From a virus (lineage: Duplodnaviria > Caudoviricetes): DNA of 60,520 nucleotides. The translations under genes and the position numbers were made by a program. Positions 49,223 to 59,393 of the stretch are shown in pieces. The stretch covers positions 1-60,520 of IMG/VR virus record IMGVR_UViG_3300001683_000034; one strand, given 5' to 3'. Numbering within the stretch: the stretch's first letter is position 1; each line of letters begins with the position of its first letter. The notes beneath the pieces are model-generated. The model worked only from the letters and a program-made list of their open reading frames with translations, was not told the origin of the DNA and made no database searches.

Positions 49223-49973
49223 GCATGAACGTCGCTTCATTGCCCATGGCTGATCTTGTATTCATTTGTGAGTTATGGATAGCCGCCATAGCAGTTTGTC
49301 TTTGAGTGTGACTAGCTCTTGTTTGAGCAAAGCCTTCACCAAGATCTGAATCTGCAGGTGTTTCTCTATTGCGCCTTTCATAAGAAAATGTGGTCATTCC
49401 CTGTATAGCTCCACTTGCAGCAGCAAAACCCATGCTAAATAAATCATTTACTATCCATGCTGAAGACAAGGATCTAAGACCTAGGCCAAAACCCATCCTT
49501 GTTGCATCTCCTATAAAACTTGCTGACTGAGATGCAGTTCCAGCCTTATTTACTTCTTTAAGAAATCGTGATTCACTGGAACCAATAAACCATGTACTGG
49601 GGCTAAGAAACCGCCTAGGCCTAGTCACAGGGCGATTCGCCCAAGGTTTATTTTTCTGATACATCCCTCCTACGTACATGTCAGACGGTCTCGGTGCATG
49701 GACGCGTGGATACGCGTCATGCACCATACTCTCTAAGGCAGATTTCCCAGATCCTTGTACAAAACTGGAGGGCATAACTCCAGGTATCATACCGAGAAGA
49801 GGTCTGCCTCCCGTGCCTATACCCTGTCTACCCATAAGTCCGGCGCCAAGACTTTCCATGCTTATCGCTATGGTAAGATCGGCAACTAAGTTTCCTATGC
49901 CGAAATTCTCATGATCCGATGCAGTTGATATAAACTGAAATCCATGGGAATCTATTGGTCGATTATATTGCAT
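49215..49973 (-). CDS. Hypothetical Gly/Ala-rich protein (possible internal virion protein)
   Basis: 252 aa with hydrophobic Gly-rich segments and C-terminal TQRQTAMAAIHNSQMNTRSAMGNEA. Confidence 0.5.
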   Translation of the reverse strand: MQYNRPIDSHGFQFISTASDHENFGIGNLVADLTIAISMESLGAGLMGRQGIGTGGRPLLGMIPGVMPSSFVQGSGKSALESMVHDAYPRVHAPRPSDMYVGGMYQKNKPWANRPVTRPRRFLSPSTWFIGSSESRFLKEVNKAGTASQSASFIGDATRMGFGLGLRSLSSAWIVNDLFSMGFAAASGAIQGMTTFSYERRNRETPADSDLGEGFAQTRASHTQRQTAMAAIHNSQMNTRSAMGNEATFMHV

Positions 49974-49974
49974 A

Positions 49975-51189
49975 TTACATGTTCATTCTATGTGAATGCA
50001 GTGTTGCATTGTAGCTTATGTTACTGAAACTTCTCCCCTGAGGTCTTGGTCTAGCCGTCTGTGTGTTCCTCAGATTGCCTCTTTTTAACGATGTCATACC
50101 AACAGCTGCACCAGCAGCTAATCCAGATATAGTTCCTCCAGCCATTGCTCCACCCATATAAGTCATCGCTGGATCTATTTTTCCCCAGATAGAACCACGA
50201 CCGACCATAGCTCCGGCCATCATACCAGGTAATTTAAGTACAGGTCCGACTAGACTTTTCATAGTATTAAAATTAGAAGCAGTTTTCATTGCGTATGACT
50301 GTTTTATATGGGATTCATGTTTGACTAATCTGCGCTCAGCGAGATTAGCCGACTTAGTAAGACTTTTTTCTGTCTTTAACGCATGTTTAGCAGATTTACC
50401 AAGAGACATAACGGATGTTGCATCTCTAGCGGCCCCCACAGTTTGCTCATGCCTGGTAAGCGCTGGACGCAGGTTTTCTATTTGTGGAACACCGTGACTA
50501 GGTGGCCTATGAGGTCGAGCACCCCATCCATATTTCATCCTCAGGTTACCGGCCAATTTTTCGCCCCGCCTAAGACGTCCTCTCCATGATTGTCCTCCTT
50601 GACCACGTCCAGTTTTAAGTTGAGTCCTAGCACCCGAGGTGGATCTAAGCATTGCCATATCATCGGCACCAGGAGCTGTAGATTTTATGCGATTCCTTAT
50701 ATTATTTACTGCAGCTGCGCCTGCCCCCTTGCTCCCAAATCTTCCACTCGCCAGTATCGCAGTTCTACCAATAGCAGTTACTCCCGTAATACCTGCTGCA
50801 GCAGTAACACCAAATTTGCCTACGCCCGCCATGAAATTACCAAAGCCGGACATTCTGTCTCCGAATGTATCTTGGTATCCAGATATGCCCGCGTTAAGGG
50901 CAGTCGCCGTAATTCCTATGCCTGCGAGCTTGGTAATTTGATGGCCCATAGTCATACCGGCGGCTGCACCAGCCTGGTAATTCATAACACCAACGACCAT
51001 CTCCTCGGTTGCACCGGTAAGAGTTTGCCTACGTGCACCTTGGCTCTTGTTAAAAGCATCTATTCTTCCACGAGTTGACTTTCGTGCTGCTGCTGAATTT
51101 AAACCAGCACCTCGTATAATCCCACGCTCTTGCTTAAGTGACCCTACTATTTTACGTAGAAGTCTTCCTGCGGCGCCTGCTACTGCCAT
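49975..51189 (-). CDS. Hypothetical basic Gly/Ala/Arg-rich protein (possible internal virion protein)
   Basis: 404 aa with very few acidic residues and several GA-rich hydrophobic stretches. Confidence 0.5.
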   Translation of the reverse strand: MAVAGAAGRLLRKIVGSLKQERGIIRGAGLNSAAARKSTRGRIDAFNKSQGARRQTLTGATEEMVVGVMNYQAGAAAGMTMGHQITKLAGIGITATALNAGISGYQDTFGDRMSGFGNFMAGVGKFGVTAAAGITGVTAIGRTAILASGRFGSKGAGAAAVNNIRNRIKSTAPGADDMAMLRSTSGARTQLKTGRGQGGQSWRGRLRRGEKLAGNLRMKYGWGARPHRPPSHGVPQIENLRPALTRHEQTVGAARDATSVMSLGKSAKHALKTEKSLTKSANLAERRLVKHESHIKQSYAMKTASNFNTMKSLVGPVLKLPGMMAGAMVGRGSIWGKIDPAMTYMGGAMAGGTISGLAAGAAVGMTSLKRGNLRNTQTARPRPQGRSFSNISYNATLHSHRMNM

Positions 51190-51202
51190 TTTTAATACCT
51201 AC

Positions 51203-51766
51203 CTAGAATGGGCCAAAATTATTACCGGATCTTATCGCATTAACTGCGGCTAATCCTCCATAACCTACACCAAACATCGCTCCAGGGCTTGCTAATGTTT
51301 TACCACCAGATCTTAAAGCCGTAGCTGTAATGGCAGCATGTGCACCAAGTGTGGCGCCGGCTTTTACAGTTCTGCTCACAAAGTTATCTTCGCCAAGAAC
51401 CATGGGAGCTAATCCAAATGCCGCTATTGCTCCAGCACCTATTGTTCTAGTAGATGCTCTAACTGCGTCATTGTCGTCTTTTATAAATTCCCCAAAAGAT
51501 GTCCGTTTCTTCGGGTCTTCTGATAGTCTAGCTCCTATCTTCTTTCCCTTAAAGAATTCCGATAGACTCATGGCTGGATCGGTACTTGAACCTCGTTTGC
51601 TTCCAACCAAATCCTTCATTGCTTTTGCGTTTCCAAATAAATTTGGATTCTTTTGAGCCGTATTAGCTTTGCTTAACTGGACAGGATTAATATCGTCGAC
51701 CAGATTTAGCAAAAAGTTTCCAAGCTTCACACCACCATACTCATGTATCATTGCAGGTAGTCCCAT
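51203..51766 (-). CDS. Hypothetical Gly/Ala-rich membrane-like protein
   Basis: 187 aa, GGAGG RBS, hydrophobic C-terminal segments. Confidence 0.5.
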   Translation of the reverse strand: MGLPAMIHEYGGVKLGNFLLNLVDDINPVQLSKANTAQKNPNLFGNAKAMKDLVGSKRGSSTDPAMSLSEFFKGKKIGARLSEDPKKRTSFGEFIKDDNDAVRASTRTIGAGAIAAFGLAPMVLGEDNFVSRTVKAGATLGAHAAITATALRSGGKTLASPGAMFGVGYGGLAAVNAIRSGNNFGPF

Positions 51767-51775
51767 TTTATCCTC

Positions 51776-54700
51776 CTATGTCGTTTGTCTCTGTCTGGAT
51801 CCGTTAGGATGACTGACGCGTGTTCTATATTTTAAAGCATCATTACCATGTAGCGCTGCGTGTTTTCCTTGAGATCTTATTTTAGACTTGCCCTTGAATT
51901 GCTGTGTATTAGTAAGGCTCGTGTGGTTTTCTTGCCTATACACACGTGGCTTTATATGTTTTCCATAATCACCTAGCCCCTTTACGGCAGAATAATCTGG
52001 TGGAGCCATCATTCCGGATGGTAACCCCATGCCCATCCCTACGGCGTTCTGCTGATATTTATCCTGAGTAGCCCTAGATCGGATGTCTTTCACTGACTGA
52101 TATACAGAGTAATTCTGTGTAACATGTCCCTGCCGTCGCAGATCAGACATCATGCCTCTTACGGCACTAACATCTTTTGTCAGTCTTTGTATATCTGTAT
52201 TAATCTTAAAATACTTTATTTTATTTGGATCATTTCTCGCGGCATATCCGATTAACGCGTATGGCTGCTTTAATGCATATGCATAAAAGTTGGCCTGAGA
52301 CACGTGTGCTTCTTTGGGGGATTTTAGGCGTTGCAGCGCCTCAATGTCTTCAACTGATTTTATTTCTAATGGAACACCAGATTTAAGCACCAAGTCTATG
52401 TGCCCCATGACATCCAACTCAGGACTATGTACAACATGCTCATGGGCTTGAGCTATGTCTTTCTTTAGATACTCTGATTCTATTATATTATGTATATTAG
52501 TACCCTTCTCAGATGAATTTGTATAGTCATCAAAAGAAGATCTACCTAGCAGTATATCTCTGAGCCGATCTCCTCTATATCCGAGCATAGAGGATCTAAT
52601 AGTGTTACTACCATATTGCGTACCATATTGTAAGCTAGTCATGGCCTGCGATGAGAAATGATCAACACCAGAACCGAAGGAGTGCAAGAGTGGATCGCCT
52701 GAAGGAGAAACACCACTTATCATATTATGTTTAGAGCCTGGATGTTTTATGGCGCCATTTCTATTGCCTATCAGTGTGAGTCCGGCAAGAGTTAACGCAG
52801 CAGTGGCAAAGACTCCACCTCTTCCTTTTAGCCCCCTAGGTCTTCCCTCTAGTGCTGGTCGACTACTCGTTGCTGCCTCGACTGCAGTATCTCCTGCATT
52901 GCTTATCGTTTGTGGTTCAGGTATAAATTCCCCTATTCTCTCTGAACCTATATTTTGTATCTCTTCAGCAATTATGTACCTATCTATTGCGTTATGTGCG
53001 CTTCTTGTCTTGGAGTGCTCAAGAAATTTCCCCATAAGTCGACCGGAGTGCCCCTCTTCTCCACGAGGATTTTTTAGATGCTCATTAAATACTCTTGTAT
53101 CCACATCCATCATTCTTTTAACGTCGACAGAAGCATCGTGGGCAGACCCCCTAGAGTCGAGCTGCTCTATCTCGAACCCCAGTGCATTTGTCTGATGATT
53201 ATGTGTTTCAGTATAGTTATCTTTTGCAAAGATAAGGCTCTCTGCTACTCCTCCTTGCGCACCAAGCGAATTCCCCATAACGGTGTCAAACCCAGTTGCC
53301 TCGCGAACTCCCATTTCTAGTGTCTCTCTGAGAAGCGAACCCTCTCGTGCAAAACTAAGTTTTCTGGATTGGTCAAATCCCATTATCCCGCCGGTGCCCT
53401 CAGTGTGTCTCCATAGTCTATCGAGCATATTTTCTAAGCCATGGAGATGTCTTAGAGGGTTAAGATGCCTTCTAAAAACTTCCATACTGCTAGCACCGGT
53501 AGCATGCTCAATCTCACCAACTTCTTTGATCATTTTTGCTGCGGTATTAACTATTAGTCCCTCATCCGACTGCCAATACTTAGCTACTCGCTCAGGTGAC
53601 ATATCTCCGCGACCACGGTTCATTCTTTGGAAGAATATCTCTGCTAGATTTCGATGCGTTGGCTTATTGCCCCCTGCTCCTCGATAACTAGCAACATCGT
53701 CAGCAATGGCTCTTATCTGAGTATTGCTTTTTACATAATGGCTTTTAGCTTCAGTTCTATTTTCGCTAAGCTCTTTTAGAACACGATCTGTAATCTGCTC
53801 TCTATTGAGTCCACCATGAGTCAATGATTCTTCTACATGCCTGTGGCTTATATTTTGAACATTATATTTCTCATCATTTACTAAGTTCCAAAACTGAATA
53901 TCTTTTACTTTATCTGCCGCATCAACAGTTCTTATAAGCATATCAGAATGAGTACCATTCGTTCCTACAAATAAAGTCTTAAATATTTCTTTCGCAGATA
54001 ATAATTTATCTTCTCCTCCAGAAAGATTACCGGGGAACAGAAGCTTTACGTTTTTACCATATGTGTCAACTTGGTCTGCCCACTTTGGTAAGTCATAATT
54101 AGTATTCCAGGTTACGATCTCAGCTGTTTTTCCCTGAGCTTTTGCCTCTGAAGCGAAACGCATCATCTTTGTCAGCGACTCTGAAACAAATTTCTCAGAT
54201 GTGATTAGATTCTCTCTACCATACTTAGCTTCAAATACACTTCTACCGAGTACAGTATTCAGAGTTGATCCTACAAGATTAACTCCGATACCAAAACTGC
54301 CTCCTGTAGGATTGGCTAATCTATTCGCTGTAATATTCTTTAATACAGATGGATTTCTTACTACGAACTTTCCTTGAGGTCCGTCTACTCCGCTCATCGC
54401 CTTTTTGGCTATTTCATCCTCAGGACTAAGATTATCGCTAGTCATAATTCGATCTATATCGATATGTTCTATACTCCCTTTCTTGTCTTTATACTCAAAG
54501 AGTAGCTCTGCTTCTTTTGGCGTTATTCCCTTAGGAATATCAAGCTCCATATGTTTATGAAACGCTTGACCGGTTCTTATCTCTTCTTCAGTTCCACCAT
54601 AAAACTGTGTAATCTGAACAGGCGCAGTCATTTTATGCGTAGGCATACCCCCATATCTAGATATGCCACCGCCCCTAGAAAGTTCAGTAACCTTCTTGCC

Positions 54701-56326
54701 TTTTACAATTTTATCTTTATGCTCAAGGCCTATATCAGTCGCTTCAACATCAAGATAAAATCTATGATTACCTGCCGATGAATTCCGTGGTACTGATCTT
54801 GTTGAGTCTGGTGGTAGCGGTAATTCCGGAAATGCAGGTGTAGATCGGTGGCCCCCGATTATGTCTATTCCTGCCCCACCTATTCTCTGCTCACTTAATC
54901 CCAGCTGCCTTTTCCCTGAACTATTTACTGTAGTATGAGGTCTTCCTTCTGTATAATCCCCTACTACTTGATTAGCTGCCTGAGATTTTTGTCGACTACC
55001 AACAGTCACTGTATTTCTATTTTTAAGTTCTTTCATTTGCTCTTGAGTAGCCCGTGTTCCTCCAAGCTCTCTCTCGATTAGACGAGAGTCCCAAGAGGAA
55101 TTTGATTCGGATTTTTTTATACGAGCAACTGTTCCAAGCTTTTCCTTTCCAGTAAGATTTATATCTACTGATCCCTTTGAACGAATCGGCTTGAAATTTT
55201 TATACGCGTCGTCAATGATTCCTACGACATTGCCAGGCACCGCATCTAGTTTCCTCCCACCTGTGGCGCCACCCATTATCAGTTCTGAGAATAAATCGCC
55301 CTGTCCTTTGCCTACTGTAAGTCGATGCTCTTTAAGATTATCTGTAGTTACTTTCTCAAGAGCAATGTCTCTATCAGTCCATAATTTTAGATCATATCCT
55401 GCATCACGCAATACTTGTAACTTTTTAGTCAGCGGCTCATTTACTTTAAGCTTACTGTATTTAGGGTCAGATTGCATTTTCTCTAGATATTTTTCTGGAT
55501 CCTTTCGATAAAGCTTATCTCCAGTATCATCGAAAAGAGTGCTATCTATATCTACCAATATAGTGCCACGACTGCGGGGAGGTGGATTTATCGTGTCTGC
55601 TACTGTGCCACGCTGAGTCGAGGTTGATGCAGGTGTCTTGGGTCTCGCTTTCCCCTGCTTCACTCGTTCCAGCGTTTCCTTTTCGGTCTTGATACTCTCT
55701 ATGTATTTTTTAGACTCTTGTGCAGTTTCAGCCCGCTCGAACATTAGTTCTTCTGGAGCTATATTAGCTTCATGTCTCATCTGGGCATGAAACCGTTTCT
55801 TTTGGACTTTCTTATCTTTTGCGGAGGTAGTCTTATCGTAATGCTCGCCGGGCTCGAAGAGAGTCAATTTTGGTTTGCTTTTTCCCTCAAGTTCAAGCCG
55901 CACCTGCTTCTGCCACTTCTCCGTCTTTTTTCTCTCGGCTAGATGTTCTAGGGCTGCATCCGAATGTGGTAGCAGCCGTTCTCGTGCTGCTTCTTCTGGG
56001 GATAAAGATAGTCGTCTTCGGTACTCTGCTTCTCGCCTTGCAGTTGCAGCTTGTCGTGCTTCCAGCTGCTGCTGCTGCAGCTCGGGCCCCCTCAGCTCTT
56101 TCGCTGCAGCCTGTCTCGCTGGCTCCTGTTTTACTGCAGCTCGCTCGGCTATAACTTTCTCCACTGCTGCCTTAGGTTTTATTCCCGCCGCTTCATCTGC
56201 AAGGCGCAGCATCTCTGCTTTAGTTATCTCGCCGGCATCTTTTCTTGCACGAAGTTCGTGAGATATAGACCTTGTTCCAGGTATTATATCTCCCGGTTTC
56301 CATGGTGGTAATTCCGGAATTGGCAT
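51776..56326 (-). CDS. Multidomain protein: HAD-like phosphatase + DEDDh 3'-5' exonuclease + PD-(D/E)xK (Cas4/RecB-like) nuclease
   Basis: HAD: ILVDIDSTLFD / LWTDR / IIDD. ExoI-III: FYLDVEAT / TWNTNYDLP / AHDASVD. RecB-like: GTNIHNIIE / GHIDLV / LEIKS / QANFY. Confidence 0.7.
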   Translation of the reverse strand: MPIPELPPWKPGDIIPGTRSISHELRARKDAGEITKAEMLRLADEAAGIKPKAAVEKVIAERAAVKQEPARQAAAKELRGPELQQQQLEARQAATARREAEYRRRLSLSPEEAARERLLPHSDAALEHLAERKKTEKWQKQVRLELEGKSKPKLTLFEPGEHYDKTTSAKDKKVQKKRFHAQMRHEANIAPEELMFERAETAQESKKYIESIKTEKETLERVKQGKARPKTPASTSTQRGTVADTINPPPRSRGTILVDIDSTLFDDTGDKLYRKDPEKYLEKMQSDPKYSKLKVNEPLTKKLQVLRDAGYDLKLWTDRDIALEKVTTDNLKEHRLTVGKGQGDLFSELIMGGATGGRKLDAVPGNVVGIIDDAYKNFKPIRSKGSVDINLTGKEKLGTVARIKKSESNSSWDSRLIERELGGTRATQEQMKELKNRNTVTVGSRQKSQAANQVVGDYTEGRPHTTVNSSGKRQLGLSEQRIGGAGIDIIGGHRSTPAFPELPLPPDSTRSVPRNSSAGNHRFYLDVEATDIGLEHKDKIVKGKKVTELSRGGGISRYGGMPTHKMTAPVQITQFYGGTEEEIRTGQAFHKHMELDIPKGITPKEAELLFEYKDKKGSIEHIDIDRIMTSDNLSPEDEIAKKAMSGVDGPQGKFVVRNPSVLKNITANRLANPTGGSFGIGVNLVGSTLNTVLGRSVFEAKYGRENLITSEKFVSESLTKMMRFASEAKAQGKTAEIVTWNTNYDLPKWADQVDTYGKNVKLLFPGNLSGGEDKLLSAKEIFKTLFVGTNGTHSDMLIRTVDAADKVKDIQFWNLVNDEKYNVQNISHRHVEESLTHGGLNREQITDRVLKELSENRTEAKSHYVKSNTQIRAIADDVASYRGAGGNKPTHRNLAEIFFQRMNRGRGDMSPERVAKYWQSDEGLIVNTAAKMIKEVGEIEHATGASSMEVFRRHLNPLRHLHGLENMLDRLWRHTEGTGGIMGFDQSRKLSFAREGSLLRETLEMGVREATGFDTVMGNSLGAQGGVAESLIFAKDNYTETHNHQTNALGFEIEQLDSRGSAHDASVDVKRMMDVDTRVFNEHLKNPRGEEGHSGRLMGKFLEHSKTRSAHNAIDRYIIAEEIQNIGSERIGEFIPEPQTISNAGDTAVEAATSSRPALEGRPRGLKGRGGVFATAALTLAGLTLIGNRNGAIKHPGSKHNMISGVSPSGDPLLHSFGSGVDHFSSQAMTSLQYGTQYGSNTIRSSMLGYRGDRLRDILLGRSSFDDYTNSSEKGTNIHNIIESEYLKKDIAQAHEHVVHSPELDVMGHIDLVLKSGVPLEIKSVEDIEALQRLKSPKEAHVSQANFYAYALKQPYALIGYAARNDPNKIKYFKINTDIQRLTKDVSAVRGMMSDLRRQGHVTQNYSVYQSVKDIRSRATQDKYQQNAVGMGMGLPSGMMAPPDYSAVKGLGDYGKHIKPRVYRQENHTSLTNTQQFKGKSKIRSQGKHAALHGNDALKYRTRVSHPNGSRQRQTT

Positions 56327-57090
56327 TATTCACCAAACACTTCTGGCGCAATGGTCTTAGAATCGTTATGCATCTCAATCTCTGTAGCTGTAATATTGCC
56401 GTCAGAATCTTGAGAAGCCATCCGTATCTTCTTGGCCTTTTCCATGAGGTTAGCTGCGACTTTTGAAGGATCAGCATATCCTTTGGAAGCTGCATCTGCT
56501 TTGGACTTCCTTGTAGTGAGGAGCTCACGCATAAGCCTTAGTTTTGTTTTAACCAGTTTTTCGTAGAATTCGGCGGCCTTGGAACTCTCATTACTATAGA
56601 AAGGCTGGCCTGCTGGGCTATACCCGCTTATAACTCTTCGTTCTATCTTTGGATCCATGGCAAGTTGCATGGCGGCTCTCGCCTCTAACGTCATCTGGAA
56701 TACTATCTGGTCTACTAGCATTCTGTCATATGCAGAAGAAGGATCTTCTGGATTTATGCCTGCCGCCTCGCTGAACTGATCTGTCCACTGTCTTATCTGG
56801 TAGGACTCTACAGGACAATCACCTCCAAATGGACGATCTATCTTATTGCGTACCAAAGGGCATTTCTCAAAGTAGGGGCACTGCTCATCTCTACATACCA
56901 TGGGGCCTGCCATGGGAGCAAAGCCAAACTTAACAGATTCTGTATATCTGGCAAGATTTCCTCTTTGGACTTCTGTGAGAGCAGTTTCTTCCTTGCCAGT
57001 CAGGCTATTGTCATTTATTACTACTTCAGGTAAGTTCTCGGCGTTTTCAGGAACAGTAACCCCAGGACCGAAGAGCTCGTTTGAATTCAT
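56326..57090 (-). CDS. Putative terminase small subunit-like protein with a Cys cluster
   Basis: MVCRDEQCPYFEKCPL..GDCPVE plus a helical C-terminus (KLRLMRELLTTRKSK). Near the head of the packaging cluster. Confidence 0.45.
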   Translation of the reverse strand: MNSNELFGPGVTVPENAENLPEVVINDNSLTGKEETALTEVQRGNLARYTESVKFGFAPMAGPMVCRDEQCPYFEKCPLVRNKIDRPFGGDCPVESYQIRQWTDQFSEAAGINPEDPSSAYDRMLVDQIVFQMTLEARAAMQLAMDPKIERRVISGYSPAGQPFYSNESSKAAEFYEKLVKTKLRLMRELLTTRKSKADAASKGYADPSKVAANLMEKAKKIRMASQDSDGNITATEIEMHNDSKTIAPEVFGE

Positions 57091-57292
57091 CTTTGTTCAC
57101 TCTCATCTCGTTGCCAAAAATCAACCTGAGGCAGGTTCTAGCGTGCATGCAATTCTTACCCCTAGCTGCGGCTACACTTAGATATGTTTTGGTTAACTCC
57201 GGTTGATTACTATAGATGTATTGCATTGCTTCATCTTTGCCGTCCACCAACTTTGCAAATCTTTTAGGTATATATTCTACACTATTAGACAC
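57047..57292 (-). CDS. Hypothetical protein
   Basis: 81 aa, GTG start with GGAG upstream, 44-nt overlap with the next gene. Confidence 0.4.
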   Translation of the reverse strand: MSNSVEYIPKRFAKLVDGKDEAMQYIYSNQPELTKTYLSVAAARGKNCMHARTCLRLIFGNEMRVNKDEFKRALRSWGYCS

Positions 57293-57306
57293 TAATCTAC
57301 TCCGTT

Positions 57307-57344
57307 AAAAAATAGAGCCCCACTGCTATTACACAATGGGGCTC
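57307..57344 (-). terminator. Rho-independent terminator after nrdJ
   Basis: Minus strand GAGCCCCA..TGGGGCTC stem followed by TATTTTTT. Confidence 0.8.
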
Positions 57345-57367
57345 CAAAAGTGAGGATATGTGACATG

Positions 57368-59341
57368 CTATGTTAGCTCGCACCGGTCTCCGGTGCATGC
57401 CCATGTCTTGGCGCCCTCGGTAGTATCTTCAGTTTCGTACATACTGAGATAACGATAATCTATCTCTGGTAAGTTTGCAAGCATTTTATTATATTCTTCT
57501 TCAGTGCACTCTTCGTATGGCGCTTGCTCATACTTACCACCATCATATGGTAAGAATGATACACCATTTATTATGTCCCAGTTTTTATATACCCAATTGC
57601 CTACTTCGAACCACTCATTATCTTTTACATAAACAGTGCAAGACGCATTATGCTCACACCAGTTCTCTTGTATCTTCTTGTATTGCTCCAGCTGCTCCAT
57701 GGCAGTCATGTCTCCTCGTAGGACAGAACCATCAGGAGATTTTACAGGGAAGGATACAACCCAGGTGATAACATCGTCTGCAGACCAGCTTTTTCCTTCC
57801 TTATATATAGCGCATGCTTCTGCGTCACCACCCTCAGCTCTCGCCCAGTCTTCTTTCCTTTGACCAGTTTCAGGAGACATGGGGACCTTTTGATCCTGTA
57901 GCATCCTGAATAATGGGTCAGTAGCAGATATACGATATCTGCGTCTATAGTAGCTTGCATACCTCGTGTGAATACCAGAAGAAGAGTCGACTAATTGGGA
58001 TACGGTTCCGGAAGGTTTTACACAAGTTATAGCAGCAGGCATACTCACGCCCAGTAGTTCAGACGCATGTTTGGCTATTTTAATTGCTTTCCTTTTCATT
58101 GCGCGCAGCGCGTCGGCGCTTAATAGTGTTTTGTTATCCATGATGCCTGTCAACGAGACTCCAAGAAGTCGTTCCTCCTCACAGTTCTCTTTCCACTTAT
58201 CGTTTAAATACGGGAAATCGGTGAAGCAGGACTGTATCACACCTATCCATACGGCGGTCTCTACCTTTTTAAACAGGGTATCCAGGTCATCCTCGGCTCG
58301 TACCACGACCTCGGACAGATTACAGAACTCCTGGTGGCGTAAGCTTATCTCTGCACACGGGTTAGTCCCTGAAATCAAGTAGCCTTGTCTGCGTTTTGGA
58401 GATCTTGTCCTAACAGATTGAACATTAAATATACCCCGTTCCCCCGTCCCAGAGGATGCCAATGTACTCCACTCCTTGAGGAAGTCAGTAGCACTGGGCT
58501 TCTCTAGATACACAGCACTGTTATTAGCCATTGCACGTCTCAGTGGAAAGGGCCACACCTTAGCACTAGCCATTTCTTTGTCAGATAAGTCAGATAAACT
58601 AATTTGACTCGATCTCCGTACACCTCCCACAACAACAATCTCTGCTATCTGGTTCAGTATGTCATGACACTCCAGAGAGGTCAGTTTACGCCCCTGCGCA
58701 TTTTGGAATACCTCACGCATGAATGCATGAAGCTGTACGAGGGGTTCGGGTCCAGAGGACCTACCACCCATTGTATAGAGACGAGATCCTTTAGGTCTTA
58801 TGTTTGTATAGTCCATGTCGACGTCGTGTCCTTCATAGAGGGAGTCGACGAGAAGTTTAACGGATTTAGTCCATCCGCCGCGAGAGTCCTTAATTGTATG
58901 TTGTTTTGTATATGCACCGTCGCGGAAGGTGCCTACCACTGGGAGCTTTTCTATATGTTTAGATTCAACAGAGAAGCCATACCCTGTACCACACATTAGT
59001 ATGTATAGTGCTTCTGAGAAGGCTATTGGGTCATCAATGACCTGGAAGGAGCAGTTATACATGCAGGTATTGTCTTTTTCCGCCGCGGGGCCTGCAGCCC
59101 AGAGCGATCTCATCGATGGCATCACCTCGAACCCCAGTATAGATGAATGAATCTTTTCGTAAGTCTTAAGCGGAACCCTGTCCCCCATGTGTTTACGTAT
59201 GAAATTTACGTACCTGTCTGTGGTCTCACTCCATGTTTCCCTACGGTTTTCCTCGTCTCTCCACCTCGAGTATGTACGCATATATACGAATTCCGCCGCG
59301 TCGTTCGAGAAGCCTGTGTCTAGTCCATCCTGAGTAAGCAT
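57368..59341 (-). CDS. nrdJ: Class II (adenosylcobalamin-dependent) ribonucleotide reductase
   Basis: RTYSRW..RRETW, MPSMRSLW..YNCSF, LMCGTGYGFSV, VVVGGVRRSSQISLS, GTNPCAEI, RLLGVSLTG, TCVKPSGTVSQL, C-terminal CTGDRC. Confidence 0.93.
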   Translation of the reverse strand: MLTQDGLDTGFSNDAAEFVYMRTYSRWRDEENRRETWSETTDRYVNFIRKHMGDRVPLKTYEKIHSSILGFEVMPSMRSLWAAGPAAEKDNTCMYNCSFQVIDDPIAFSEALYILMCGTGYGFSVESKHIEKLPVVGTFRDGAYTKQHTIKDSRGGWTKSVKLLVDSLYEGHDVDMDYTNIRPKGSRLYTMGGRSSGPEPLVQLHAFMREVFQNAQGRKLTSLECHDILNQIAEIVVVGGVRRSSQISLSDLSDKEMASAKVWPFPLRRAMANNSAVYLEKPSATDFLKEWSTLASSGTGERGIFNVQSVRTRSPKRRQGYLISGTNPCAEISLRHQEFCNLSEVVVRAEDDLDTLFKKVETAVWIGVIQSCFTDFPYLNDKWKENCEEERLLGVSLTGIMDNKTLLSADALRAMKRKAIKIAKHASELLGVSMPAAITCVKPSGTVSQLVDSSSGIHTRYASYYRRRYRISATDPLFRMLQDQKVPMSPETGQRKEDWARAEGGDAEACAIYKEGKSWSADDVITWVVSFPVKSPDGSVLRGDMTAMEQLEQYKKIQENWCEHNASCTVYVKDNEWFEVGNWVYKNWDIINGVSFLPYDGGKYEQAPYEECTEEEYNKMLANLPEIDYRYLSMYETEDTTEGAKTWACTGDRCELT

Positions 59342-59393
59342 ACTTCATGCCCTTGTCTATCTGGGGTATCCAGAAAATTAGTGTGAACGATCC

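Noticed and set aside
52200-52520. Cas4-like domain as evidence of a CRISPR-Cas system
   Set aside because: No array or other cas genes, and no Fe-S cysteines. It is a PD-(D/E)xK domain within a larger protein.
47183-59341. Inteins or introns in terL or nrdJ
   Set aside because: Both are continuous ORFs of ordinary length, with no intein splice motifs or homing endonuclease seen.
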